From: a virus
Taxonomy: Duplodnaviria > Heunggongvirae > Uroviricota > Caudoviricetes
Virus record (IMG/VR): IMGVR_UViG_3300033463_000003
Direction: 5' to 3' (one strand)
Length of the DNA stretch: 64,000 bases
Below, in pieces: positions 20,854 through 30,430 of this stretch (positions are counted from its first letter, which is position 1; every line of letters begins with the position of its first letter). The position numbers and the translations under genes were made by a program. The notes beneath the pieces are model-generated. The model did not search any database, was not told the DNA's origin, and saw only the letters and a list, made by a program, of their open reading frames with translations.

Positions 20854-23367
20854 ATGGAAAAACAACCAATTACAAAATTTGACCTTGAGGCTGCATTCAA
20901 AGCTTTAGACGAAATTGAAGTGCCTGCTGTTGAAGGTGGAATTATCGCTAATAAACCAGCTGTTTTATTTGAAGATATTAAAAGAGCTGATAAAACTTCA
21001 TTATTACTTGAAGATTACTATGATTTAGGCAGTAATGAAGATTTAGAACAAGCTAAAGAAGATCGCGAAGCAGAAGTTGCAAAAGCTAAACTTGCTAAGA
21101 TTGAAAAAATCGTTGACCTTGATGCTGAAACAGAAGATGACATACAACCTTCATATGTTGGCAAAGTTATTATTCAATGCCCACAATGTATGACACTCTT
21201 CTACAAAAACCCAGAAGATATTGAATATTCTGAAGAAAACCCAGATGTTGTTAATATTAATGAAACATGCCAACACTGTGGAAATAACTCAGGCTATACA
21301 TTAATCGGTAAGGTTGATAATGTTTCTGAAGAAGAAGCTGATAAGTATGAAGGTGGCGAAGAAGCTGCTGAAGAAGATGACCTTGACCTTGACTTTGGTG
21401 AACCAACTGAAGAAGTTGATGCTGAAGGAACTGGCGAGGCTGAAGTTGACGAAGAAGATGCTTTTGATTTAGATATTGAAGAAGAACCAGAAGAAGAGGC
21501 TGAAGAAGAAGTTAAAGAATCACTTAATGAAGATGCTGAAAGTGATGCTGAAGAAGAAGTTGAAGAAACTGCTGAAGCTGAAACCCTTGGTGAATTAGTA
21601 GATGAATTAACAGTTGCCGAAGAAGAAACACCTGTTGAATTTAAGCCAGTTGAAACACCAGAAGGTGAGGAGCTTGAAGTTAAAGGTTTAGAAATTGAAA
21701 CAGAAGAAGATCCAGAAAAGGTTGTTATTTCTGTTGATGTTGAAGCTAAAGAAGAAGGCTCTGAAGAAGCTAATGAAGAAGCAGCTGAAGAAGAAAAAGA
21801 AGAAGAAGAAGAACCTGTTGAAGAAAGCTTAAATGCTTCTGAAGAACAAAAAGATGCTGAAGAAGGTTCTGAACTTAAAACTGAAAATGAGTCTGAAAAT
21901 TTAACACTTAATGAAGAAACTGTTAATGAAGGTGTTGATAAAGATTTAGATGCAAAATTAAAAGCACATAATGATTATATTGCTTATCTTCAACAAATGA
22001 TTAAGCAAGAAGAAGAAGCTTTAGCAAAAGCAGACAATGAAGAAGTTAAAGCAGCTATTCAAAGAAGATTAGATGCTTTTGAACAAGATTTAAAAGATGC
22101 TTTGCCAGAAGCTGTTAAAGAAGAAGCTGAAGTTGAAGAATTACCAACTCCAGAAGAAGCCGGAGCAGAAGAAGTTAAAGAGGAAGAAAAAGTAGAAGAA
22201 AGCTTAAATGAAAGTTTAAATAATTCAGAAGTCCAAGCAGAAGCTAAAGAAGAAAGTGAATTAGCAACTGAAAATGAATCTGAAGAAAAAACACTCAATG
22301 AAGATGTTTCTGAAATTGAATCAGCTCTTACACAATTCTGCAACAGTTTAGATGAAAGCTGCGAAGGTGAAGAGTGTAAAGAATGCAAAGAAGATCTCAG
22401 CACTGAAATGAAATTAGCTGAATACGAAGCATCATTACCAGAATCATGTGCAGAAGGTAAAGACTGTAAAGAAGAAGTTTGCCCAAAATGTGGTAAAGCT
22501 CCTTGTGAATGTGAAAGCTTAAAAGAAGCTTCTGCTAGTGAATTTGAAGTTTCTGATGCTGATTTTCACAAGATGATTAACAGCCAATCATTTAAAGATT
22601 TTAGTGAAGAATTAGAAGAACATATTAATGAAGAACATCCAGCAATTGAAAGTGAACAAGAATATCAAGGTGTTGATAATCAAGTAGTTCCTTGTGAAAC
22701 AGAATTATTAATGACTCACTCTGAAGATGAAAAACCATTAGATTGCAAAATGGAAAAACCAGCCCTTGAAGAGCCAGTTGCTGGTGAACAAATTGATGTT
22801 AAAATTACTGAGGATACATTAACTGAATCTCCATCTGATATCTGCAATATGGCTGTTTATAAAGATGTTATTAATAGAATTGAACATGCTGGTGAAAGTG
22901 CTGTTGAAGAAGATTTAGAAGATAAGCATGATGAAACAGCTGAAAAAGAAGAAACAGATAGTGCAGAAGAAGTTGATAAAGTTATTAAAACTTGGGAAAG
23001 CTTAGAAGATTTACATGAAGCTTCATTAGATGATCATATTTCTGATTATTTAACTGAAGTATATTCTAATGTTGATAGCTTCCAAACAACAGCTTGCTCC
23101 CAAGAAGATAATAAATTAATTGTTGAAGGAAATATCTTATTCAAATCAGGCAATTCAAGAAAAACAACATTTGAATTTACCGAAAATAAAGAAGCTGAAA
23201 AAGAAAATGCCTCACAAGTTATTTATGAAGGCTTAAATAAAGATTTCGCTGATGCTCCAGCATTTACTTTAAAAGGTATTGCTGAAGAAAACGGAAAAAT
23301 TCTTGTTACAGAAAGCTTTGGCTATAAATATACAATTAACAATACTTTAGTTGAAGGTTTAAAATAA
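20854..23367 (+). CDS. 837-aa very acidic putative prohead core/internal protein with a Zn ribbon
   Basis: AAGGAG RBS. CPQC...CQHC, many ESLNE/ESLKE motifs, and an internal 33-aa duplication. Confidence 0.7.
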   Translation: MEKQPITKFDLEAAFKALDEIEVPAVEGGIIANKPAVLFEDIKRADKTSLLLEDYYDLGSNEDLEQAKEDREAEVAKAKLAKIEKIVDLDAETEDDIQPSYVGKVIIQCPQCMTLFYKNPEDIEYSEENPDVVNINETCQHCGNNSGYTLIGKVDNVSEEEADKYEGGEEAAEEDDLDLDFGEPTEEVDAEGTGEAEVDEEDAFDLDIEEEPEEEAEEEVKESLNEDAESDAEEEVEETAEAETLGELVDELTVAEEETPVEFKPVETPEGEELEVKGLEIETEEDPEKVVISVDVEAKEEGSEEANEEAAEEEKEEEEEPVEESLNASEEQKDAEEGSELKTENESENLTLNEETVNEGVDKDLDAKLKAHNDYIAYLQQMIKQEEEALAKADNEEVKAAIQRRLDAFEQDLKDALPEAVKEEAEVEELPTPEEAGAEEVKEEEKVEESLNESLNNSEVQAEAKEESELATENESEEKTLNEDVSEIESALTQFCNSLDESCEGEECKECKEDLSTEMKLAEYEASLPESCAEGKDCKEEVCPKCGKAPCECESLKEASASEFEVSDADFHKMINSQSFKDFSEELEEHINEEHPAIESEQEYQGVDNQVVPCETELLMTHSEDEKPLDCKMEKPALEEPVAGEQIDVKITEDTLTESPSDICNMAVYKDVINRIEHAGESAVEEDLEDKHDETAEKEETDSAEEVDKVIKTWESLEDLHEASLDDHISDYLTEVYSNVDSFQTTACSQEDNKLIVEGNILFKSGNSRKTTFEFTENKEAEKENASQVIYEGLNKDFADAPAFTLKGIAEENGKILVTESFGYKYTINNTLVEGLK

Positions 23368-23437
23368 AAAGATACTTATATAGGACCGATACACAGTATT
23401 AGGCCCTATTTTATTAAGAAGCAATGGGAGGCTATGT

Positions 23438-23947
23438 ATGTCTGATACACCAAATAACTATGGCATATTATTAAATAAAAATATTAAATTGCATAGAAAC
23501 TGGTTTAAGCAAATGACAAAGCTTATCGGTATCAACTGCATTTATAAAGCTCCACTACCTGGAAAACATTTTGACACACATGGTGATTTAGATGCTGACT
23601 ACTTCCCAGGAAAATTAGTTGGCTGCATTTTTCAAGATCATCCAGACCAAAAAACATTAAAGAAAATGGGATGGGTCGCTGAATTACAAGAAGGCTCATC
23701 TGTTATCCATGTTCCATATGATTTACCAGATTTACAAGTAGGCGCGCTTTTTATCGTACCTAGCGGAATAGACAATGCACAAGGCCGTGTTTTCCGTGTA
23801 ATTAGTATGCAAAATATTATGGTTTATCCTGCTTCTATTGCCTGTGAAATTGCTCCTGAATATATTGATGATGTTGAACCAGTACTAACAAGAGACTTTG
23901 AAGATACTAATTTTACAATGCTTGTAGACCATGAGGAGGATGACTAA
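23438..23947 (+). CDS. Putative head-closure/neck protein
   Basis: GGGAGG RBS. Size and position between neck and tail-completion genes; function inferred from synteny only. Confidence 0.5.
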   Translation: MSDTPNNYGILLNKNIKLHRNWFKQMTKLIGINCIYKAPLPGKHFDTHGDLDADYFPGKLVGCIFQDHPDQKTLKKMGWVAELQEGSSVIHVPYDLPDLQVGALFIVPSGIDNAQGRVFRVISMQNIMVYPASIACEIAPEYIDDVEPVLTRDFEDTNFTMLVDHEEDD

Positions 23948-23948
23948 T

Positions 23949-25733
23949 ATGAATAAATTTATATTAAGTGAATTAGCCTCAAAGTTTATTTTAGCTGAAA
24001 AGTATATTTTAACTGAAGCGACTGCTGAAGAAAAAAATAAAGCTAAAGAAGCATATTTAAAAGCTAAGGATGCCTTTAATAAAATATATCCAAATGCAAA
24101 AACTTTCCTAGAAGAAGCAAACGGCTCTAAAGAATTAACTACTGATGAAAAGTTTATTAATGAAATTAAACCATTAGAAAAAGAAATTGCTGCTGGAACT
24201 ATTACTGATGTTCTTGATTTAAAGAATAAAGGCAAAGAATATATTGATAAAGTATCAGCCAAACTAGATAAAATCCCAAACTTTGAAGAAAAATACCCAC
24301 AAATTGACCAACTAGTTTTTGATATTAAAAACCTTATTGAAAAAGGTAAAGATGAAGATATTAAAGGTAGACTTGGTAGTGAGGTTGAAAAACTTGGTGC
24401 AACTGTTGATGAAGTTTTTGGTAGCAGTGAAAAAGCTGATGCTGATAAAACAGTTAGCGAAAATGCATTAAAAAATCTTAATAATATAAATGATTTTGAC
24501 ATTTCTGCAGCATTAGAAGCTATGGATAATGGTGATGAAAAAGATGAATTAGCCAATGCTGTATATGGTGAATTAGGAAATATTACTACTATATTAACTG
24601 ATATTACTAAAACTATTACTGATGCTGTTGGTAAAAAAGATACATCTGATGCTGCTTTAGCAGCTTTAAATGATGCACTTACTGACGCATATGATAAATT
24701 AAAAGAAAATAAAAAAGCCGCATCATTAGCAGATTTAAGTAATAAAAATAAGAGTGCTGAGGAAAGTGAAGATGCTGCACACCTTATAGACCTATTAAAA
24801 GCTGCAAAGAATGATCCAAAAGCATTTGAAGCTGCACTTATGTCAATATTAAAATTAGCTTTTGGTTCTAATGATGACCTAATTAACGCTATTTTAAAAT
24901 TAAATGTTGATGGTGCTATTGCTGATGAAATTATACATTATGGCCCAGATGCTAAACAAAATCCATTTTTATATTTCTTAGATAAAAACCAAGATTTATT
25001 AAAAAATGGTAGTATAACGCCTGAAAAATATAAGATAATTCATAATGCTTTTGTTAAAGGTAATGCTTCTGGAGTATTTGGTGATGCTGATTTAAGAGGT
25101 ACTGGTAGATTTGGAAACTCTGATATTATTTTTAGCGGTTCACTTTATGACTATGGCCCAGATGATATTACTAAGTACTTTAATTTAAGGGAACAAGTAA
25201 TTAACCTATTTAATGGCTCAACAAAATTTAGTAATGATTTATTAGCTGAAAAATATCAAAATAATATTAAAAACTTCTTTGCTGATTTAATGTATGAAGG
25301 CGGCGATTTATTTAACCCAAAAGGTAGTGCTGCTGGACCTTCTGCAAATAGACAACTTAAAGGACTTAAAGCAATTGAAGATGAATTAAAAAATTGTTTT
25401 GATGAAGAAGCACTTAAAAATAGCAAACCAAAAGGAACAACAGCTGTTAATGAAAAAGTTGTTAAAAGCTGGATTGAATCTCTTGGTGGTGATAAGAGAA
25501 AAGTTGGTCAACTTATCATCTACTTAGCAACAAGATTTGTTTCTGCTTCAAGTGCAAAAGCTGTTCAAGAACTTTTGGATAAATATGCCGAAACAAGAAA
25601 AGTCCCGCTTGATGCTGCTAATATTGTACCACTTAGTACAACAATTGGGAAACCTGATATTACAGATAAAAATCTTGCTGATGTAATTAAACAGATTGCA
25701 GAAGCAGCAGGACTAGAAGGTGCTGGAGCTTAG
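23949..25733 (+). CDS. 594-aa helical putative internal (ejected) head protein
   Basis: GAGGAGG RBS before ATG 23949. N-terminus MNKFILSE-LASKFILAE-KYILTE/A. Confidence 0.65.
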   Translation: MNKFILSELASKFILAEKYILTEATAEEKNKAKEAYLKAKDAFNKIYPNAKTFLEEANGSKELTTDEKFINEIKPLEKEIAAGTITDVLDLKNKGKEYIDKVSAKLDKIPNFEEKYPQIDQLVFDIKNLIEKGKDEDIKGRLGSEVEKLGATVDEVFGSSEKADADKTVSENALKNLNNINDFDISAALEAMDNGDEKDELANAVYGELGNITTILTDITKTITDAVGKKDTSDAALAALNDALTDAYDKLKENKKAASLADLSNKNKSAEESEDAAHLIDLLKAAKNDPKAFEAALMSILKLAFGSNDDLINAILKLNVDGAIADEIIHYGPDAKQNPFLYFLDKNQDLLKNGSITPEKYKIIHNAFVKGNASGVFGDADLRGTGRFGNSDIIFSGSLYDYGPDDITKYFNLREQVINLFNGSTKFSNDLLAEKYQNNIKNFFADLMYEGGDLFNPKGSAAGPSANRQLKGLKAIEDELKNCFDEEALKNSKPKGTTAVNEKVVKSWIESLGGDKRKVGQLIIYLATRFVSASSAKAVQELLDKYAETRKVPLDAANIVPLSTTIGKPDITDKNLADVIKQIAEAAGLEGAGA

Positions 25734-25736
25734 TTT

Positions 25737-26066
25737 ATGTTATTTATTGCACAAAGCCATAAATATACACCAAAAGGACTTGTTAAAATAAAGATAAAAA
25801 GAATTGCTAAATATCATGTCTACCATTGAAAATTATCTGGAAATGATATAGCAGTTGATAATTATTGTAAACAAAAATATAATAAATCATTAAAAGAAGT
25901 TTGTTGATATATTATTGATAAAATAAAAGTATTTATAAGCAATGATGAAAATCAATATATTATAATACTTGAAGATAAAAATTTAGATAAGCTTGCCCAT
26001 ATAATCACTTATGGTAATGGTGAAATTGGTGGAAGTCAAATATTACAAAAAGCATTTATATTCTAA
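25737..26066 (+). CDS. Hypothetical protein (109 aa; absent from the ORF track)
   Basis: Fills the gap exactly. Two in-frame TGAs, ends TAA. Confidence 0.65.
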
Positions 26067-26084
26067 GAAAGGGAGTAATCAAAT

Positions 26085-26762
26085 ATGGCAATAAGATATT
26101 ATGATGATGCTATTATAAAAAAATTACTACGCTGGGTACCAGAAAACCAGGGCCTACGTGTTTTAAAGCCAGATGAAACAAAAAGATTATTTGAAATAAT
26201 TGCTGATGATACTAATGACAAACCAATTAGACTTCCATTCATTGCCCTTTCAAGAAATACAGATATTGAACTATTATCAAACATTAAACAAAACAAATCT
26301 TTTGATGGTTTATGATTAAATAACAACAAACTTGACCTCAATAATAGAGTAATTGAAGAAAGTTCAAGCACAACAATATTCAATGTTATTCCAATTCTTC
26401 CACAATATCAACTAGATATTTATACTAAAACTTATGAAGAAGCGGATGAATTATTAAGAAATATACTATTTAAATTAATTAATAATCCTGCAATTTATAT
26501 TTCAATTCCTTATAATGGACAAAATATAACGCACATTGCAAATATCAGAGTTTTAAGTGGTTTAGCTGATAATAGTGGTATTAATGAGCGTATATTTTCT
26601 GGCCAATTTACTAGATGAACAATACAGCTTGAAATTCATGACGCCTTCCTATTCAGCATACCATATAGAAATAACTGAAGAATTGGTGAAAGTGCCCTCG
26701 AAGTGTCTGAAAAAATGGACTTAGATGGCGAAATTGAAGTTGCATATAGCAATAAAAATTAA
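26085..26762 (+). CDS. Tail completion/terminator protein (T4 gp15-like)
   Basis: TGA at 26313, 26616 and 26676. Motifs LPFIALSR and YQLDIYTKTYEEADELLRNIL. Immediately precedes the sheath. Confidence 0.7.
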
Positions 26763-26783
26763 TTAAAAGCAATTTAATAAATA

Positions 26784-26793
26784 TGCTAAATTA
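26784..26793 (+). promoter_or_regulatory. Putative late promoter TGCTAAATTA
   Basis: Motif copy upstream of sheath-tube. Confidence 0.7.
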
Positions 26794-26855
26794 ATTGAGT
26801 TATGAAAATATTATAACTTTTTAGAGACAGAAGTTAACAATAAGGAGAAATACAC

Positions 26856-28511
26856 ATGCCACAAATTGTTATTAGAGAACATGATAAAACAAAAGCCGGC
26901 CTTGGTACCTACTCAAATTTTTCTGTTTTAATTCCAGGATTTATCAGTTCAACTGCAGTTGCTACTGATTTATGGGATGATAACGATATTCTTGAGTTAA
27001 ATAACCAAGCTGATTTTGAAAAATATATTGGCAAAGTTGCTGCTGATGTAAATCCACAAACTGCTGAAGCACCTGTATTCACATATCCAGAAGCATGGAG
27101 GGTGGAAGAAAAAGATGGTGACGTCGTTACCGCAGTTACATATAACATTACAGGAAAATTAACTGCTGATGAATTTTATGGAACATTCGGTGGAAGAGTT
27201 TATGAAAAAGTAGCTTGGGAAGCTGGTATAACACCATATGATGGTGAATTAGCTGTTGCAGCCACTGCTGAAGATGAAGTTGAAACTGATCCAGAAACAG
27301 GCGTTGTAACTACACATAAAGGAGCTGAACAAGGCCGTTATGTTAAAAGAACACAAGGTTGGAATGCAAATACAAACTATTGTATTATTGAGCCAGAAAA
27401 TATTGGCCGTGATGCAAGAAGCGTTACACCACAAATTGGTAACCAAATTGCTTATGAATTATTAGGATTAGGTTATACTGTATTATATAAGAAAATTATT
27501 GCTGAAAATATTGCATTTAGTAATAATGATGAAGAGTCAAGTGGCATTCAAATGTCAGAATATGATTTCTGGAGACCATTTGAAGATAAAGCAACCTATG
27601 ATTTCAGATATGTAGTTACTGGATTCTGCGGTGAAGATGATACTCAACCATATAAAGATGTTAATAGCAGAATTAGTGAATTAGCAAATGCTCGTGGCGA
27701 TTGTATTGCTCTTGTTGATATTCCAAAAGAAGTTTATAAAACATACAGTAGCTGGAAATCCGATGTTATTGCTTATGCTAATGCATTAAGTAATGCTAAT
27801 AAGTATACAGCTTTATTTATGCCAGTTGTTACATATGACATGAATAGTGATGCAACATATCAAAATGATACATTCCCAGCATACTTCCATTATTTACTTT
27901 GTGCAAGTGATGCATTTGTTAACTATCCAGAATGGTTTGCTGTTGCTGGATATACTCGTGGTATTTCTTCTGTCTATAATATTAAGAGCACACAAATTAA
28001 ACTTGGTGATGCTGCAATTAATGCACTTGAACCAAGAAGCACAAGTGGTACTGGCAGATTAACAAAGGCTATCAATGTTGTTGCAAATATTAAAGGTACT
28101 TACTATTTATGGGGCAATAGAACTGCTCACTTACTTGGTACAACTGGTGATCCTGTTAATGGTGATCTTGTTGCAAGCCACTTCTTAAATATTAGACAAC
28201 TTTGTACTACATTAAAGAAACAACTTTATGTTGCATGCCGTAAGTTCACATTTGATCCAAATAGTGATACATTATGGGCAAACTTCTGTAATGCAATTAC
28301 ACCAACCCTTGATAAAATGAAAGCAAATCAAGGTATTGATGATTATAAAATTATCAAAGTTCCAACAGATACTAAAGCATTATTACAAGCTAAGATTAGA
28401 ATTGTTCCAATTGAAGCTGTTGAAGATTTTGAAATTGACTTATACTTAGAAGATTCAATTTCTGGTGCTGATGTTGAAATTGATGAAGGAACTGTTGGTA
28501 CAAATAACTAA
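26856..28511 (+). CDS. Tail sheath protein
   Basis: Motifs RGDCIALVD, WFAVAGYTRG, LWGNRT, LNIRQL, FTFDPN..TLW, I.IVPIEAVEDF. Confidence 0.93.
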   Translation: MPQIVIREHDKTKAGLGTYSNFSVLIPGFISSTAVATDLWDDNDILELNNQADFEKYIGKVAADVNPQTAEAPVFTYPEAWRVEEKDGDVVTAVTYNITGKLTADEFYGTFGGRVYEKVAWEAGITPYDGELAVAATAEDEVETDPETGVVTTHKGAEQGRYVKRTQGWNANTNYCIIEPENIGRDARSVTPQIGNQIAYELLGLGYTVLYKKIIAENIAFSNNDEESSGIQMSEYDFWRPFEDKATYDFRYVVTGFCGEDDTQPYKDVNSRISELANARGDCIALVDIPKEVYKTYSSWKSDVIAYANALSNANKYTALFMPVVTYDMNSDATYQNDTFPAYFHYLLCASDAFVNYPEWFAVAGYTRGISSVYNIKSTQIKLGDAAINALEPRSTSGTGRLTKAINVVANIKGTYYLWGNRTAHLLGTTGDPVNGDLVASHFLNIRQLCTTLKKQLYVACRKFTFDPNSDTLWANFCNAITPTLDKMKANQGIDDYKIIKVPTDTKALLQAKIRIVPIEAVEDFEIDLYLEDSISGADVEIDEGTVGTNN

Positions 28512-28531
28512 GGTAAAGGAGAAAATAAATT

Positions 28532-29125
28532 ATGGCAAATTACGAACCAAGTTTATCAGGACAACACATTAGCTCAAATCTTGCTAATTATGAAGCAGCA
28601 AGAACTGGCTTCTTCTCATTCTTAGTAAATGATATCGACAATATTATCAGAGCAACTTATACTGGTGATAGAACAAAAGATATTCCAGCAAGTGATAAAA
28701 TTGCAAATGCTCAACAATATCTTAAATTAAACGTTGTTAAAGCAGATGTCCCACACTTTAGCTTAGAACCATTACAATACAAACGTGGTAATGACACAAT
28801 CAAGTTTGCTGGTACTCCAACATTTGATGCTGGTACAATTACAGTTGATGATGTCGTTGGACTTGATACTAAATCAATCTTAATGGCATGGCAAGCACTT
28901 GCTTATGATGTATACTCACGTCGTGGTGGAAGAATGGTTGACTATAAGAAAGATTGTACTCTTATTGAATACACCCAAGATTTCCAACAAATTAGAAGCT
29001 GGAAGTTATATGGCTGCTGGATTTCTGATTTAAGTGAAGATGCATTTGATAAAGAAAATGATGGCAAACGTCAAATTTCTGCAACTATTCAATATGATAG
29101 AGCTGAAATGATTATGCCTCAATAG
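28532..29125 (+). CDS. Tail tube protein (T4 gp19-like)
   Basis: Follows the sheath. Motifs KFAGTPTF, YKKD..L, RSWKLYGCW, ISATIQYD. Confidence 0.9.
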   Translation: MANYEPSLSGQHISSNLANYEAARTGFFSFLVNDIDNIIRATYTGDRTKDIPASDKIANAQQYLKLNVVKADVPHFSLEPLQYKRGNDTIKFAGTPTFDAGTITVDDVVGLDTKSILMAWQALAYDVYSRRGGRMVDYKKDCTLIEYTQDFQQIRSWKLYGCWISDLSEDAFDKENDGKRQISATIQYDRAEMIMPQ

Positions 29126-29148
29126 TTATCAGCAAAATAACTTAATAT

Positions 29149-29180
29149 AAAAGGTTAAGCAAAGCTTAATCTTTTTATTT
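29149..29180 (+). terminator. Rho-independent terminator
   Basis: aaaaggttaagc-aaa-gcttaatctttt. Confidence 0.75.
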
Positions 29181-29228
29181 TACAAAATAGATTTAATAAA
29201 AATTTAATAAAAATAAAAGCAATAAAAT

Positions 29229-29238
29229 TGCTAAATTA
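29229..29238 (+). promoter_or_regulatory. Putative late promoter TGCTAAATTA
   Basis: Motif copy after the tube terminator. Confidence 0.7.
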
Positions 29239-29269
29239 TATAGAAACTTGAAAGGAATAAAGTTGTAAT

Positions 29270-29431
29270 ATGGGAAGGATTAAATTAGACAGAAGCAACA
29301 AAGTAATGCAATCTTTTGAATCATCTAAACCGCTTAAAGAACGACTTGAAAAAATTGCTCAAAAGAAAAATATTACTGTGTCTGCTTTAATCAGACAAAT
29401 CTTAGAAAACTATATTGAAGAAAGGAATTAA
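29270..29431 (+). CDS. Ribbon-helix-helix (CopG-like) DNA-binding protein, 53 aa
   Basis: MGRIKLDRSNKVMQSFESSKPLKERLEKIAQKKNITVSALIRQILENYIEERN, a typical RHH pattern. Confidence 0.7.
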   Translation: MGRIKLDRSNKVMQSFESSKPLKERLEKIAQKKNITVSALIRQILENYIEERN

Positions 29432-29432
29432 T

Positions 29433-30203
29433 ATGGAAATGGAGAGACAAGAAAATTACACAATTATGGAAGGTTATGAATTACCTTCTAAGGGCCTTAT
29501 TTATGACAAAAAGGTCAATCCACATGTTGAATTAAGAAGCATGACTGCAAGGGATGAAATGAAACGTTTATCCCCATCATCTACACCATTCAAAACACTT
29601 GCTGACATTATTGAAGGCTGCTTAATTGAAAAGCCAGCAGTTCATGTTTATGATATGGCTATTGGTGATTATGAATATTTATTACATAAGTTAAGAATTG
29701 TTACTTATGGTGATGAATATAAAGTTGAATTACAATGTCCATTCTGTGGCGAAACATTTGATGCAATAACTCACTTAGAAGATATTGCTGTTAAAGATTT
29801 CGATCAAGAAAAATTTGAAAAACTTAGAAATTTAAAATTACCTAAGAGTGGTGATGATATTGTATTAAAATTCCAGACACCACATATTCTTGATGAAATT
29901 GATAGCAAAACACGTGAATATAAACGTAAATATAAAGATGCTTCTATCAGTTTTGATCTATTAGCCATATTAATTTGTTCAATCGAGTCTGTTAATGGCG
30001 TTGAATATGCTGAGTATGATTTAGAAAACTATATTAATAAATTACCAGCTATGGATATGACAAAAATTATTAACACACTTGATGAGTTAAATAAATGCGT
30101 CGGTATCGAAAATGAATTACAAGTAACATGTAAACATTGTGGTGGCGACGTAAATACCTTTTTTCGCTTCGGGACCGAATTTTTTAGACCCTCAACTATC
30201 TAG
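29433..30203 (+). CDS. Baseplate hub/tail assembly chaperone (T4 gp26-like)
   Basis: Motifs LPSKG, LRSMTARDE, D.EYLL..LRI.TYG, two CxxC, C-terminal EFFRP. Lies between tube and tape measure. Confidence 0.8.
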   Translation: MEMERQENYTIMEGYELPSKGLIYDKKVNPHVELRSMTARDEMKRLSPSSTPFKTLADIIEGCLIEKPAVHVYDMAIGDYEYLLHKLRIVTYGDEYKVELQCPFCGETFDAITHLEDIAVKDFDQEKFEKLRNLKLPKSGDDIVLKFQTPHILDEIDSKTREYKRKYKDASISFDLLAILICSIESVNGVEYAEYDLENYINKLPAMDMTKIINTLDELNKCVGIENELQVTCKHCGGDVNTFFRFGTEFFRPSTI

Positions 30204-30408
30204 GGATGGTAAACCTTACGGTCCTAAAAGATTTAAGGAAATTATTAGGGAATGCTGGTATATAAGTGATAATTTACATACTAGCTATACAGATGTATTA
30301 GATTTAAGCTTTCAAGAAAGAGTTTATCTAATAGAATGTATTAATGAAAAGCAGGCAGCAACAAAAAAAGCTATTGACGAAATACAAGCAAAAAACAAGA
30401 GTAAATAG
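30154..30408 (+). CDS. Start-less gp51-like ORF, probable frameshift extension of the preceding gene
   Basis: The +1 frame is open from 30154 to TAG 30406-30408 with no ATG/GTG/TTG. Encodes SYTDVLDLSFQERVYLIECINE. Confidence 0.65.
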   Translation: MPFFASGPNFLDPQLSRDGKPYGPKRFKEIIRECWYISDNLHTSYTDVLDLSFQERVYLIECINEKQAATKKAIDEIQAKNKSK

Positions 30409-30416
30409 CTAAATTA
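30408..30416 (+). promoter_or_regulatory. Putative late promoter GCTAAATTA
   Basis: Motif copy just upstream of the tape-measure RBS (GAGG). Confidence 0.6.
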
Positions 30417-30430
30417 TACGAGGTATTTTT

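Noticed and set aside
23380-23415. Terminator after CDS 20854
   Set aside because: The stem has several mismatches, so support is too weak.
30201-30212. TAG readthrough at the end of the gp26-like gene
   Set aside because: The same frame hits TAA after two more codons, and the downstream coding region is in the +1 frame.
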